Part shown: positions 50,786 through 63,928 of the stretch, one piece after another | Numbering within the stretch: the first letter of the stretch is position 1 | Layout of the letters: every line of letters begins with the position of its first letter | Source of the DNA: Halocafeteria seosinensis | Lineage: Eukaryota | NCBI GenBank assembly: GCA_001687465.1 | Contig: LVLI01000344.1 | Location: 1-64,000, forward strand | Reading direction: 5' to 3' | Length of the DNA stretch: 64,000 bases | The notes under the pieces: generated by a model | The model's database searches: none | What the model saw: only the letters and a program-made list of their open reading frames with translations | Told to the model about the DNA's origin: nothing | Program-made: the position numbers and the translations under genes

Positions 50786-52345
50786 ATGGACGGCGAGGTA
50801 TATGTGCTCGGGCAGCACTGTTGTAGCATCGGTAAGTTTCTTCAATGCGCAACTTCAGCTTCACTTTCACTCAAAACAACTTCTTTCATGAGTATTACTT
50901 CATTTGGTATTTGCGGGGACAGAGGAGGCTAGAGTTGCAGTTGCGTCTCTGTATTGGAGCACGTACCGGAGAGGGATACCAGAACTCTCATTAAGTACCG
51001 ATGCAGGTTGGGGATGTATGATACGAACAGGTGGGTCACGGGGTTTTCAGTATGTCTACACTATTTTTGTCGTTTACATACTATCGTTTCCATCTCGATT
51101 TGCAGCGCAAATGATGCTTGCGCATGCGTGGCAGCGTTTTCGGATGTCGGAAAAGATTTCTCAGGATGTGAGCGCGACAGGTAAATAATTATAATTCCCG
51201 CAACGAGGGCTCTTTGTTGTCGCCATTATCTAGCGCCTTGCCGTTTTGAGTTTCAGGGACACTCTTTCCGAAAAACGAAGACGAATTGTCTGAGCGAGCG
51301 AGAAACGTTTTCCTCGAAATATCATGGCGCTTTGCCGATCTACCTGCCGACTTTTCGTGCTTCAGCATCCATCACATACTTCAGACAGCGCAGCAACTTG
51401 TTAACATGGGACCGGGTAAGTGGTTCTGTTTTCTGGATGCTACCAAATGCGTTTTACTGACCAGTACCGGCTACAGGGGAGTGGTTCGGTCCTCATACCA
51501 TCTGCTCCGTGTTATCATCGATAGTGAACCAAGCTGCAACGTCACATGCATGGAAGCTAAGAATGTCCGTAGCAACGGATAGCATGATTTTTTGTGACCA
51601 GTTAGACGATCTCTGTTCAAGGAGTGACGAGAAGCAGTCACAGAATGACTCAGGAAACTGGGACCATTCTTTGATTTTGACCGTCCCTCTCAGGCTTGGC
51701 GTTGAGCAGGTGGAGCGAGCAAAATTGCAAGTGTTGATGGCCATGCTGAAACTTCCACAGTGCATCGGCTTTATTGGTGGTACCCCGAGGCATAGCCTCT
51801 ACGTAATTGGACAACAACCCAATACTGAAAATCTCCTTTATTTGGATCCCCATACCACCCAAGATACCCTATCGGATGAGCATACTGCATCATCGGAGCT
51901 GAAGAATGACAAAAATGGACAGTATATTGATGCTGATAACGTGCCGTTCCCGGCTCTTCCAGAGTGGTATTTGGAATCTGTGAAAGCTCCTCAGCCGTAT
52001 TCTATGCACGCGACATACCTCGACCCTTGTTTAGCGATCGGATTCTTCCTTTATGATAAAAGCTCCTTAGAGGACCTGCGAAGGGAAGTAGACAAGATAT
52101 TTACTACTCTGGATGAACCGCTGCTTCAAATCTTGGACAAGACACCTTCATATATGAGTAGCAAGGCGGAGAGATGCAAACGAGACGTTCGTCTCTCTCT
52201 GGACGGGGAGTTCAGCGAGGATGAATTAAACTCAGGGTATGAGCATCATGGCAGAAAACTCAGTAGGTTATCGAATAGCAGTTGGGAGAAATGTGAGCAT
52301 GAGGATGCAAAAGAATCCGGAGACGATGAGTTTGTTCTATTGTAA
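50786..52345 (+). CDS. ATG4: Cysteine protease ATG4 (peptidase C54), multi-exon
   Basis: WSTYRRG, TDAGWGCMIR (catalytic Cys), FSIHH, GEWFGP, VPLRLG, GFIGGTPRHSLY, YLDPH (Asp/His), DPCLAIGF and a C-terminal LIR-like DDEFVLL. Confidence 0.93.
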
Positions 52346-52409
52346 GGTGTGCCTCAGAGCCTATGAATCCGAGTCGGCAGCACAACTTACACATTGTTAC
52401 AGTCAGCAT

Positions 52410-53244
52410 CTACTGAAAGTATCTCGCTCCCTTGCCGCCTGTCTGTTCGAAATAGTTATCTCTACTCTTCGTCCGAAAAGAATCATCGGCCGGGGTAGGC
52501 ATGGGTTTGCCACCGCCTCGCCCAGTGTGAGCTATTGACCGGTAGGGACGAGGTCGTGGATTGGGCTCTATGTTGCCAAAAGTTCCTGTACTGGTCGGAT
52601 CCCCAGGGCCGTAAGTCCCGTTGGTGGGGCTGTAGAGTGTTCTCCCACCCCATTTTGCCGGAGGTTCATACCACTCTTTATCCTCTTGTGGATACCATGT
52701 TTTCTCGTCTATCAGCGGTGAGCGCCGTGATCCCGTTGTTCTATATGTGTCAGAAGGGGCCGTTTGTGGGCGGCCAATCTGAGTGTGCCTGTGCACCCCG
52801 GTATGTCTACGTCCTGGAAAGCTCGTAGGATTACAACAATGTACACCGTCACGATACCCATTTCGAAGTGACGCGTTAGTCTTGCAGCTAGGCCTAAATG
52901 TCGGTCTTTTGTCGCGGTAGTATAGCGTCTCTCTCTTCTCCTTTGGGTCCACGTATGGGACATAGGAAGCCCGGCGATTTTCACGAGGACTGCGTGTACA
53001 ATGTTCAGTACCCTGTTCAGTCAATTTCACGACCACTACGAGCAACTACTTACAATACACCATCCGTCATGATCCGGGATACCTCACTAGCTCTTGCTCG
53101 TTCCAGTTCTTTTTCACGCCGCTCCATTGCCTGCTTCTCCCTGAGAGCCTCCTTGGAGGTACGCGCAATTCCAGCTGGCCCGTACACCTGGCTTCGCTGC
53201 GTCCATTTCGACGAATGCGCGGCATCGTACTGGAAATTAATCAT
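52410..53244 (-). CDS. Hypothetical basic, disordered protein (two exons)
   Basis: ORF 53244-53050 joins ORF 53045-52410 in phase through intron 53053-52990 (GTAAGT..CGCAG). No family recognised. Confidence 0.55.
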
Positions 53245-53505
53245 CGTCCAAGCCCACTTAGCGAGACTCTCTTTCCGATTACGACGGAGAAACTATCAAC
53301 GCTGCCAAGATAGCGGCACTTGATTGTGTCGCAACAAACCCAACAAAAATCCTGCAGGCGCGCTCCAAGCTGTATACACCACAATATCTGCGAGAGAGCA
53401 TGCGATGTACCGTGGAATCCGGTTCCCTTAGATGCGGCACCAAGGTCAGCGCCATACAAAACATGACTATGGGCTATCTGATTAGTAATTAGCCCTCGCT
53501 TGGCC

Positions 53506-53812
53506 AAAACAAGCCACGGACAGAAATCTTAGCCGATAGTCGCAACCCCCTAACTCCAACGAATCTTTCGTCTCCCCCCCTGCTGAGGGAAGCACTTTAT
53601 CACCTCTCATCGCCTGCTCATTCCAGCAGACAAGGCCAGGTCTCCACCCCTTTTAAACACGCCAGACAGCCGTAAGGGCTGAATGAACCAGTCTGGAAAG
53701 GTCTTAGAGGCTGCCTAGAGCTTGTATCTGCTGGACGCCGCGCGTACAGCGCCCCCGGAGATTCAGCGGCATTGGCTGCACGTTGTACAGCTCCAAACTC
53801 GTGGCTTACTAC
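53506..53812 (-). ncRNA. Candidate ~300-nt structured non-coding RNA (family unassigned, strand uncertain)
   Basis: Ends pair: AAGCCACG 53511-53518 with CGTGGCTT 53800-53807. Long nested hairpin 53623-53734, plus hairpins 53735-53752 and 53772-53796. G-U pairs favour the minus strand, which ends in TTTT (53509-53506). Confidence 0.35.
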
Positions 53813-54420
53813 TCTTTCATTCTTGCTATTCAACCAGTCTCAGAAGGCGGACACTAATGACGGCTGGAGGGAAACACACATACACACGTCTAGCAATCGT
53901 ACCTGCTTGTACGCAGTGTAGTCGTCTTCGGCTTCGACTCTGGTCTGCTGAGAAAAAGCTACAATGTTGATAAGCAGCAGCCCACAAAGGACTATACCAA
54001 TATATTCGTCTCTCTCATGGAAAAGAGAAATCTACGATGAGAATCAATGCTGAATGCATCCTGCATATACGCCTGTCTCGCGGCCACAACGTACTACGTG
54101 GTGGCTGGTCAACTCCCGCTTGGAGGGAATCGAGGCGCTTCGAACAGATACCGGCAACTCCTTTTCCATTGTGTGTTATGGCTTCTTTGATCAAATTCCT
54201 TCACAGTATAACATAATTGGAGGATAGAACCCCGCCATGGGATGAATAATGTACTGTGCAAAGAGGCAACAAGTTTATATTATTTCATTGATCAAGGCTA
54301 GCAGAGTGATGCCAAAAACTTCTGAAAATAGAGGCGTGATTGTAAAAAGGAGGACCATACCGAAATAGTCCTACTTCCCGAGAACTTGACGCTTTTGAAA
54401 ACGTCATTCAACTCTCCTAC

Positions 54421-55011
54421 TTAAAGGCGGTATGAGGGGAACTCGAAAGTAACTTCCTTGTGGCACAAAGCCTTGTATACTGCCGAAAACGTTTGGAGCT
54501 TTCCTTCTACGGCGACTTGGTCCTTAGGGTTCAAGTGAACCTTAAGAAGTTTGCTTCCATCTGTACGAACACGAGTGCGCTTTCCGACAATTTCGGTGGG
54601 GTATACGAGGTCATCCAAGATAGCATTGTGCACATGTGTCAGCGTGCGACTACGAGGACGGGGACCATTGAACTTTTTGTTCCTCTTAAAGTTCTTGCTC
54701 AGAATGGTGCGCTGGCCAATTATCACCACATCCTTTCCAGAGAACTTCTTTTCGAGCTCCTCCACGAGAGTCTTTTGGATTTTTCGGTATTCTTGTAACT
54801 GAGGGTAGGGCACGAAGATGATAACAGCAGAGCGTCCATTGGCCGGCACCTCAATTTGACGAGCAGCAGCTATTTGCAAGGGGATGAGATCGTTTCTAAT
54901 GGCAGCATTGTGTGCCTGGATATTCTTAAGCTCTTGCGCAACATGCTCTTCGAATTGGCTGGGGGTCTCACCCTCTTTCTTACGGATTTTTGGTATATCT
55001 ACAGTAGCCAT
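54421..55011 (-). CDS. RPS7: 40S ribosomal protein S7 (eS7)
   Basis: IIFVPYPQL..RKIQKTLVEELEKKFSGKDVV..RPRSRTLTHVHNAILDDLVYPTEIVGKR..VTFEFP. Likely 5'-UTR intron at 55105-55019. Confidence 0.97.
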   Translation of the reverse strand: MATVDIPKIRKKEGETPSQFEEHVAQELKNIQAHNAAIRNDLIPLQIAAARQIEVPANGRSAVIIFVPYPQLQEYRKIQKTLVEELEKKFSGKDVVIIGQRTILSKNFKRNKKFNGPRPRSRTLTHVHNAILDDLVYPTEIVGKRTRVRTDGSKLLKVHLNPKDQVAVEGKLQTFSAVYKALCHKEVTFEFPSYRL

Positions 55012-55715
55012 TTTGCTTCTGCATAGAACAAGAGGGTGGGAAAACGTTCAATTTACCTTTTCTCTACTTCATTATATGCACATATGAGCTCTGCCAACTA
55101 CTTACCTCTAGTTTCCGGTCTTTTATCGAGTCCTGTCAGAGATGATAACCCGACGTCTGTATCAACAAGTACCATACAAGATGAATATGAACAAATATCC
55201 CACACCAATATACAGTCATTTGCAATACAGTATGCCCCAAAAATCGTAGTTTCAGTATCATTCGCCCATGTATAGCAGGGTAAATAGGCATCCGCCAGTG
55301 TCAGTGGACATGGAAGCCCGAGGCTCCTTTTGGTTCCCCCAGGCTCCCCGTTGTCGCCGACCCTCGACCCTTTTTGTAGTTCCCCCTATAGATCGACGCC
55401 CACCCTCTTTACCACGTGAAACCACGGAAATTCGCCACTAATTGAAATCAGAGAAGCACCTACCTTTCTCTGCAAGCCTTGAACTCCTTATTTGTCCTAA
55501 TCAAATAGACAAACACGCCTCTGATACTCGGTAAAGCTTCATCAATGCGCCGACTCGAGCTCTTTGGAAAAGTATCACAAAAGATTGTCGTTTTCCTGAA
55601 CGACAACACGGCTAGACAAGTTGATATAACGCAATGCAAACACTTTAAGACGTCTTGAGGGGACGGATGAGGGAATACATTGAAATGATAAGGTGGTGCG
55701 AAGAGTGAGGATACA

Positions 55716-56362
55716 ATGACGGGAGGTAAAAACTTGTTTGACATCATCATGCGTCGGGCCAACATGGGCGTGGGAAGCCATGTTACCCGGAAACGATGGC
55801 TTAAATACCCAGGAACGCACTGGGTGATCACCAACGTTCAGCCGTATGCCCGAGTAAGTATTAGTAGTAGTGGTGCATGGGGTTGTGCGGTGTTTCACTA
55901 ATTAATTGAGCTGCTTTGCAGTCAGCTAACCGAGCTAAAGTACGAGGGGTCTTTAAGTTTCGACGTAAGTAGAGACCTGTAGAGATGGAGAGACAAATGA
56001 CGCAGAATATAGTCATATCTATTTAATTGATGTGGTGTCAACTTGCAGATTGGTTGCGGGAGCCTAAAATCTCCAGGATACGAAGCCAACTGAAGCGGGA
56101 ATGGGTGCTCCTATACGATGCTGAGACAAACGAGTTTCACAGATCGGCGATACCCAAGGAATACGCACAAGAATGGGAAGAGCAATATTTCCAGCACAAT
56201 GAGTTATTTGAGTACCCTCCGATTGTCCCTACAAAGGAAGAAAAACACGAAGCTAAGAGAGCAGCAGCGCTCCCAAAGCAGAGACCAGACACACAGTTTG
56301 CTGCATACAGTAATAGCCCAGAGGACCAAGCCACAACCACCGAGGCTAACGAACAAAGATGA
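55716..56362 (+). CDS. MRPS34: Mitochondrial small-subunit ribosomal protein mS34-like, three exons
   Basis: GKNLFDII..NMGVGSHVTRKRW.KYPGTHWVITNVQP..AKVRGVFKFR..IRSQLKREW resembles the mS34 pattern. Two GT-AG introns. Confidence 0.65.
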
Positions 56363-56452
56363 AACCTGATAAATTAAGTTTCAAGAGCGCGCGTACATCC
56401 AAGTATTGAGTCATCTGCCTGTACTAAACAGCGGCGATCGCGTTCAAGCGAG

Positions 56453-58283
56453 CTACGTGCGCCTTCGCACTGGTTCCGCTTCATTTTCCGGATTAGACGA
56501 TCTACCGTAGTCTGAAAATTCTCCAGAATCCGTCGAAAGCAGAGATACTTTCTCTAAGCTTTCAACGTCGCCCGAGCGGGTCGTTTTTGGAGCCAGTAGT
56601 CGTTGGAGTTCTTCCAGCGATTTTCCTTTGGTCTCGGGGACAACAAGGACGGCAAAGAGCCAGGCGCATAAACTAACGCCTGCAAATAGCCAATACACTC
56701 TTCCTACACCGATCCGTTTTTCGTCCTTTGAGCTTCCTCCACCTAAAACCTGTATAAAACTGAGCATACCGGCAGAGAGAGCAAGGTTGCCTATCCAATT
56801 TAGGAGAGTCGAAACACTCATGACTTTCTGTCTGATGCACGTGGGTACTACCTCACCCACCATCGTAAAACCAACACCTCCCCATGAAATAGCAAATCCG
56901 CTTACGTATAGCAGCACGCAGGCGACGGTTATGATTCCAGCTGACTTGGATTTCGAATACTGTAAAACCGAACCCATTGTAATCAATGCTATCACCATAA
57001 ACGTAGATCCCGTGACCAGTAATTTTTTCCGACCCACTCTATCGATCACTGTAACGCATATAACGGTCATCACTACATTCAAGCCAAACACGATCACCGT
57101 GGATAGGAGAGACTCCTTCACACCGGCAAATTCGAAAATTTGCGAGCTGTAAAATATCACACTGTTGATGCCGGTCCAACAAGCAAACGAAAGCATTCCG
57201 ATACCTATCACAACTGTCCTTCTATACTGAGGCCAGAGTACTGCTCCCCAAGTAACACTTTCTTTTTCACGGTTTTCAGCTTCTGCTTCATCGGCCATAT
57301 CGTTTACCTCGCTCGAAATGTCGAAACCGTCGGGGCGTAGTTTCCGAAGCCTGTGGTTGTGAGAGAACGCACGATAAAGCAGTCAACTAACCAGGGGACT
57401 CACAAAAAGGTATAGTTTTCCTCGACTTACATTTTTTCTACGTCATCTTTCGTTTTGTTCCGTAGCAGCCAACGTGGACTCTCCGGGAGTACAATCCAGC
57501 CAATGACGAACTGCAGCATTGCTGGGATGAGACCAAAACCGAAAAGCCATCTCCACCCGCTATCGACGAAGGAAACAAATATGTAACCCAGGAGACCCGA
57601 TGAAAGGATACCAATTGTAATAGCGAGCTGATGAAATGTAGTGAAGAAGCCTCTTGCAGCGGGTGGTGCTATTTCTGCCAATAGCACAGGTGCCAGGATC
57701 CCAGCTAGGCCAGCGGCAACACCCACAATAAATCGCCCGACGAGCAAGACGCTGTATACAGAAAATAGGGAAAACACCGTCCCTCCCAGGTACGTCAAAG
57801 ACACCCTGCATCGTAAGCAAGAAAACAGGGAGTTCGGTTCTATCCAAAACAAGATCGAGTTGGGTTCGCTTACATCAGCATGGACCAGCGGTATCCAAGC
57901 TGCTTTGGAAGTATGCTAAGAAACGACCCTACAGCCGCTCCTCCGATGGTAATTGCAGTAGCAATCTCCTTCTTCTCATCTGTCAGTTGGAGAGCCTTTG
58001 TGAGACTTCCCTTGGGCACTGGTTCTTCACTTGAAATCACAGTATTGAGGACACTGGTATGCCATCCACTGAGAAACGACGCCATGACTACCACGACAGC
58101 CGCGACGTACAGTCTCCACGGCCATTTCATCTCAGCGTGGATAGCATCAGGTGCGGCTACTTCAGCCTCTTTGACGCCCATTGTATTCGCCGTCTCCAGA
58201 GTGCTGGCATTGGCTGAGTTCAAAGGGGTATTCTCCTCTTTCTCTGGCTGTGGTGGACTATTGTCACCAAGACTGTTGGACAT
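56453..58283 (-). CDS. MFS sugar porter family transporter, multi-exon
   Basis: Multiple TM helices with GRFIVG, AEIAPPAARG, PESPRWL, WTGINSVIFYS, DRVGRKKLL and VPETKGKSLEE. Confidence 0.93.
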
Positions 58284-58502
58284 GGTCCCCTCTGCTGAAT
58301 TCGTCTATTTCTGTGGCGAGGGGACGAACAAAAGTATGGGGGAGTTACCTGTAGTTGTAGCAATATGATGGATACATCAATCAAATCCAGCGATGATTTG
58401 CGAACTTCACTTCACCGTCAGAGAATAACTAGCTCAAGGTGTTCCTTGTTTGTTTGTTTGTTTGTCGCTATCTATGTAATGTACATTCGGGGTTAGAACA
58501 AT

Positions 58503-60334
58503 ATGATGATGAGAATAGCCTTATTATGTGGTTGTGGTCGGCCCCGAACTGTGGGCGGTGTACGGCGACAGTCGAGCTCCATACGCTCTGCTGTGATACC
58601 GCCCATGACCCTCAGCCTGCCGCGAGTTGCCCCATGGGGTGTAACAAATGAGCGACGACGATGCATGAGCACCACTGGCACCGGTAGCAGCAACAGCAGC
58701 AGCAGCGGTGCGTTTCTGTCCGAGCAGACATTTCGAGACATTGGGGTGACGGAGAAGCTGACTAAGAAATTAAGGAAGCTGGGATTTGTGAGACCTTCCT
58801 CCATTCAAGCGTCTGCTATTCCCCCGGTCCGAGAAGGGCAGAATGTGATCATCAATGCAGAAACTGGATCCGGAAAGACTTTAGCCTATACACTTCCACT
58901 TCTTGAAAAGCTTCAGGGGAATTCAACCATGCCCCTAGTCTGTATACTGGTGCCCAGCCAAGAATTATGCTCCCAAATTCATCAGGTCATTCAAATACTG
59001 GACCCAAGCTCTAAACCTTTGTCGATATATCGAGGGTCCAAAATTTCCCCTAAACAAGTTGGACAGCACAAGGTACTTGTAGCCACGCCATCTGCTTTGG
59101 AAAATGTACGTAAGACACACTCGTTGGTTGGTGCTTCTTTTATCTCCTGGTTTGACTTGGAAAGAAATTGGTATGCTCAGAAAATGTCGAAGCTAGTGTT
59201 TCGAGAGTTGTTGGATAATGTGAAATATTTTGTGCTAGACGAGGCTGATATTCTTCTATCGGCAACATTTCAAAAGTCTGCCAAACAACTTGTATCAATG
59301 GCTGGACGCGCATACTCGAACGAGAAGGATGTTGCGAAAAAGGTCCGCTCACCTCACGTACAATACATATTTTGCGCGGCAACAATGCTCGATAAAAATC
59401 ATAAGAAAGTGGGACAGTGGCTCGATGAGAACTTCTTTGATGCCATCCATTGCCGGACTCCAAGGTTGCATATGCTATCGCCAAATTTAAAGGTGAATAA
59501 TATCCGCATTGACGTAGATTCGGTTCTTGGCAATGGTAAGTGCTTATTAAGATACTCCAGTTCTTATTGTGCCTATTATATTTCAGACAACGACTTGCAG
59601 AAGAACAACTTCAAGGGTATTCTCCAGATGAAGTTATAGTGGACGCTCAGCTGGAATCCCTCCTCCGGGCACTTAAGATATCCGGTCTTGGGACCGATGC
59701 TAGTACATACCAAGAGACAGGGGGCAAGACATTGGTATTCGCTAGTAGCTTTCCCATGTGCGAAGCTGCTGCCGACTATCTGCATTTACATGGTTCGTCC
59801 GCTTGAAGTAGTAGTCCTAGGGCACAATGGGTATTGTGGCACATGTGTTTATGCGTATTTCTGCAGCGCCTGAGTTAAAGAGTGCACCCTTACATAAAGA
59901 AATACCGAAAGAGATTAGGGAGAAGACTGTCAAAGAGTTTCTTGAGGGCACATTGGACGTGCTTATATCTACCGACCTGATGTCAAGAGGCATTGATACT
60001 AGCCGAGTTGAGCATGTGATTCAACTTGAATGTCCAGATGACTTACCGAGTTATATCCACCGATGTGGTAGAACAGCAAGAGCTGGAAGAGGAGGGATTG
60101 GTATGTCCGGGTTTCTGGGTATTGCTGTTGTGCTTTGCGTGAAGAGATTGCTCATTGCTGTGGTTTGCAGTGACTAACATTATTCCTTCTACAGAAGATG
60201 AGTATATGAGCCAACTTCAGAACAGTGCAGCTGTTGGGCTAGAAGACACATTCTCACGCACGCGTAACGCTCGATATAAGCAACGACGACTAAAGAAGAA
60301 AACCTCAAGGCGACAAGCCTTTAATAGCAGTTGA
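58503..60334 (+). CDS. DEAD-box RNA helicase, organellar-type (RH22/DDX28-like), multi-exon
   Basis: Arg/Ser-rich presequence-like N-terminus. Q motif (PSSIQ), AETGSGKT, PSQEL, ATP, LDEAD, AAT, SRGID and HRCGRTARAG. Basic C-terminal tail. Stop at 60332-60334. Confidence 0.9.
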
Positions 60335-60532
60335 AACAAGATCGTTGATTAGATTGTACTCGACAAGCCCTGCTCGTAGCCGCGAGTATATAAGTATCCA
60401 TGGTACTTCGTCATGTTTCAGTGCAACTGATATGGCAAACTAGGTGATTAAGAGGGAAGATGGGGGCTCGAACGAGTCGTACTCGCTCAATGCGTACTTC
60501 TTTTCGAAACAGTGTTTATTGTGTTGAAGACT

Positions 60533-61823
60533 CTAGTCATGATAGTAAGGATACACCTTAAACGACCCGGACTTGAGTTTCCCATCAGGAGTATAGTGCA
60601 GCCTGTGAAAGCACTGACTGCAATAGTATGTAGGGTTATTGTTGCCAACACTATCCCCATATAATAGACATTCAGCGGGACGAGGACAGGCTGCGCATTT
60701 CGACCGTTTTAATACCGTTTGAAATGTATGAATAGGGTACTTATTTTCATTCAATTCATCGATCCGTGTCACCGTGCGCATATCTGTGAACACCAGAATA
60801 TGCTGACAATCTCCCTGGTGGCAAAAGAGATAGTGCGCCCCTAGCCGCATCGTCAGATCGTTAAAGCGGGTTTTTTCCATTGCTTTGCTTTCGAGCAAGC
60901 CCCAGCCAGATACCTTACCAGAAGTCAGTGCCGCCCGCGACCAGTCAATTACTGGTTCGCTAAGCTGTGTCCTCTCTTGTCCGTCAGTACCTGGAATAGG
61001 TCTACAATCATCATAACATATCCCATCGATATAAAAATAAGCTGCACTTGACGCAGCTCCTTTGAATGTATCTTCGTTGTCCGAGAGACAGTAAATTCTG
61101 TCGCGTAAAATTGTTAAAGGTTGCGAACCCAGCACAAGAAACTCTTGCCTCTTCTTGCAGTCCCTGTAGTGATAGATAACGACACGAATGATGACCTCAT
61201 CGTCGGCAAGCCTTGCAAATGACGTTCTTTGCTCTCTTTCAGATGGGGTGGCCGATGCAATCGCTGGAGGAATTACGTTCCGAGAGGGCCCACGACTGTC
61301 GTACTTGCTTTTACCCTTGCGTGCTTTGACTTCGCCTCTGATATTTGGCCACGCTTCTTCGTATCTTCGTTCTAGCTCCGCATATTCGGGAACAGCATTC
61401 ACTAAATGCTGATTGTTTTCGTATTCTATTCGTACGCGCTCATTCGTCATATTAACGGTGTTAGCCGACTCCCGCCCCACTGCTCATGTCAAAGAAAAAA
61501 AGCAAAAGTGACATCGACAAAGGTTGACAAGCATTTAACTTTGGAAAACGCTTACTTCGTTCATTCGGATCCTCTTCCGTTCTGTCCCATGCTTCCAAAG
61601 CGCGTTTCACTCGGGATTCCACGTCCCCTGTTATCGTGCATCCTTGGATGTCCGAGGTATCAATGTGAGGACCATAATACTGCTCGGCACTTGGTTCATG
61701 GGGTTTTAATTGATCCTCCTCCTCCTCACCCCCTTCCTCTGTACCAGCGAAAAGGTCCTCTGTGGGAAATAATGAATGCAATTCAGAGGGCTTGGTCGGA
61801 GGCAGGATACTGTGTTCAGCCAT
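60533..61823 (-). CDS. SNAPC3: snRNA-activating protein complex subunit 3 (SNAP50)
   Basis: QEFLVLGSQPLTILRDRIYC, FYIDG..YDD, RLGAHYLFCHQGDCQH and a C-terminal zinc finger C..C..C..CFHRLHY..VYPYYHD. First exon from ATG 61823, with a GTAAGC..GAGCAG intron. Confidence 0.9.
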
Positions 61824-62266
61824 CGTTTTCTGTCCCTCAAAGGCACCCAATTGTAATTTCTCTTTTGTTTCTAGCAAGTACACTCTATGCACCTTGTATC
61901 ACATCCACCCGGGGAAGTAGAGACCAGTAGGAAAGCCTCGAAACCAACCGAAAGGAATCGAGATCCGAGCAAAGGACGGTCTGCGAGACCTCCGGGAATC
62001 GGGATCCGGCAGCGCCTCTCGCGGTCCCGGGTCGAAGTCAATCCCACGCCTAGTGACTGGTGTCCGTCCAGTATAGGTAGTACGAAAGTATTGTAGTATC
62101 ACTTTTGCTCCTTCCTCATCTTCTGGCCCCCTCGGCGTCCCGGCTTCCTACTACTCTTTGGTGTCGTTGTTTGATTGATAGCGGGTGCTTCGTGGAAGTT
62201 TGTTCTTTCTTCTGCTCCAGCTTATTCCGGCGTCTTTACCACTCTGTTTGTTGAGGACTTGCAACC

Positions 62267-63928
62267 ATGGGAGTACTGGACGAGGTATTAGGGAACAAGG
62301 AGGAGCAGTACCCTCCCTTTGATCCGAGTATGTATCGTGTGTATTAAGCATGGCTCTTGTTCTGCCACCCTTGCGGGCTTTAGATGACACAACGACCCCC
62401 ACCTGATGTATGTCTGTGTACGTGTTTACGAATTCCTGCAGATCGTCCTCGGTTTGATCAAACCCACTATTGGGGACGCTTCCGTCACTTTTTGCAAGTG
62501 GTGAACCCTTTGTAAGTTGGAAGCGACAACCACCTGTTCCAGTTGGGGTGAAAGTCACACGTCATGGATACAGGACTTTGTTGAATTCCCAAGAGAAGGT
62601 ATACGAATCTAGAGACTTTCTGAAAAAATGGGAAAGGGGGGAACTCAACCCAAGTGAGGTCACTAACAAAGACCTATGGGAAGCCAAACGAAGTGAGTAC
62701 CTGCTGCGTGAAAGACGACATGTCCATTCCATGAGAAGTATTGACGTGTCTTTTGCGTGCGTGTATCAAACAGTTCGAGATGCGGCAATCCATCCTGATA
62801 CTGGTGAAATAATTCCCTTCTATTTCAGAATGAGCTTTTTTGTGCCCATCAACATACCCATCGCCGCTGGGATGACACTGTGGGGCAACACGGTAAGTGC
62901 CCACCTCCGCTACCAAGACAATAATAATTAAAAGGAAATATAGTTCCCGGCACTGACCCCAGACCCCTTCTCAACTTTTCTGGCAATGGACGAACCAAAG
63001 CTACAACGCTGGGATGAACTACGGGAATCGTAATGCTACGCTCCCTGTTAGTCCAAAGGATCTAGCTGGTGTGTAGTAACTACTGAGTGTGATTGGCACA
63101 ATCTCGTCCATACCGATATCGTTTTATCTCCTTTTATGCAACAGTGTCGTATGTTGGAGCCTGCTCTATTGCGTGCGGTGTAGCATTCGGCTTTGGAAAA
63201 TGGAGTAACAAAATAGCAGAGTCGAAACGGTTTGGCCCGACGGTCACAAAGTTGATTCAAAGAGTAAGATAGTGGCTGTATACTTCGGCCGAAATACGTT
63301 GACTTCAATTAGTGTGTGAATGGATGTAACAGTTTGTGCCTTTTACGGCGGTTGCCTTAGCTGGAGCTGGCAACGTCGCTTTCATGCGTTACAACAACGT
63401 ACGGGATGGCATTCGAGTATACGGTACGTTCCTATGTACACACTTCCTTCTAAGAATCCTGCGCTCAAGTGTGCGATTATTTTCAAAACAAAATCAGATG
63501 AATTCCGCGACGAACAAGGCACCAGTATCACTGCGGGCCGCATAGCCACAGGGCAGGCGGCGTTGACGCGTATGGTCTTGCCTATTCCAAGTACGTATTG
63601 AGAACAGCAAGCGATGGTACTGAGGGACAACTAACCCTGAACCCTTGGTGTGTATTTCGTTTCAGTCATACTTTTCCCGCCGTATGTACTTGACTTGGTT
63701 AAGCGATCGAAGATGATCACCAATGCCGTCGCCAAAAACCCTCGTCTCAACCTCCCTCTTGAGTTGGCCGTCGTAGCTGTTTGCCTCACCTTTGCTCTCC
63801 CTGCTGCTATTGCCGTTTTCCCGCAAGAATCCGAAGTTGAGGCCACAAAATTGGAGCCGCAATACCATAATCTCAAAGACCGTGAGGGGAAACCTATCCA
63901 GAAGCTGTACTTCAACAAAGGATTGTGA
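62267..63928 (+). CDS. SFXN: Sideroflexin (mitochondrial SLC56 carrier), multi-exon
   Basis: [61 protein letters not shown] and the C-terminal YFNKGL. Confidence 0.95.

Noticed and set aside
53690..53720. GGAAAGGTC resembling RNase P CR-I
   Set aside because: No complementary CR-V/P4 partner was found downstream, so it is not called as RNase P.
58447..58706. (GTTT)n and (CAG/AGC)n microsatellites
   Set aside because: Short, ordinary low-complexity tracts in a spacer and a Ser run.
62085..62110. TGTAGTATC resembling the U2 snRNA branch-point recognition sequence
   Set aside because: The flanks do not match the conserved U2 5' end, so this is a chance 9-mer.
62328..62441. Longer first sideroflexin intron with GATGA..CTGA, considered as a box C/D snoRNA
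   Set aside because: Box C is imperfect, the boxes are too close together, and there is no terminal stem.
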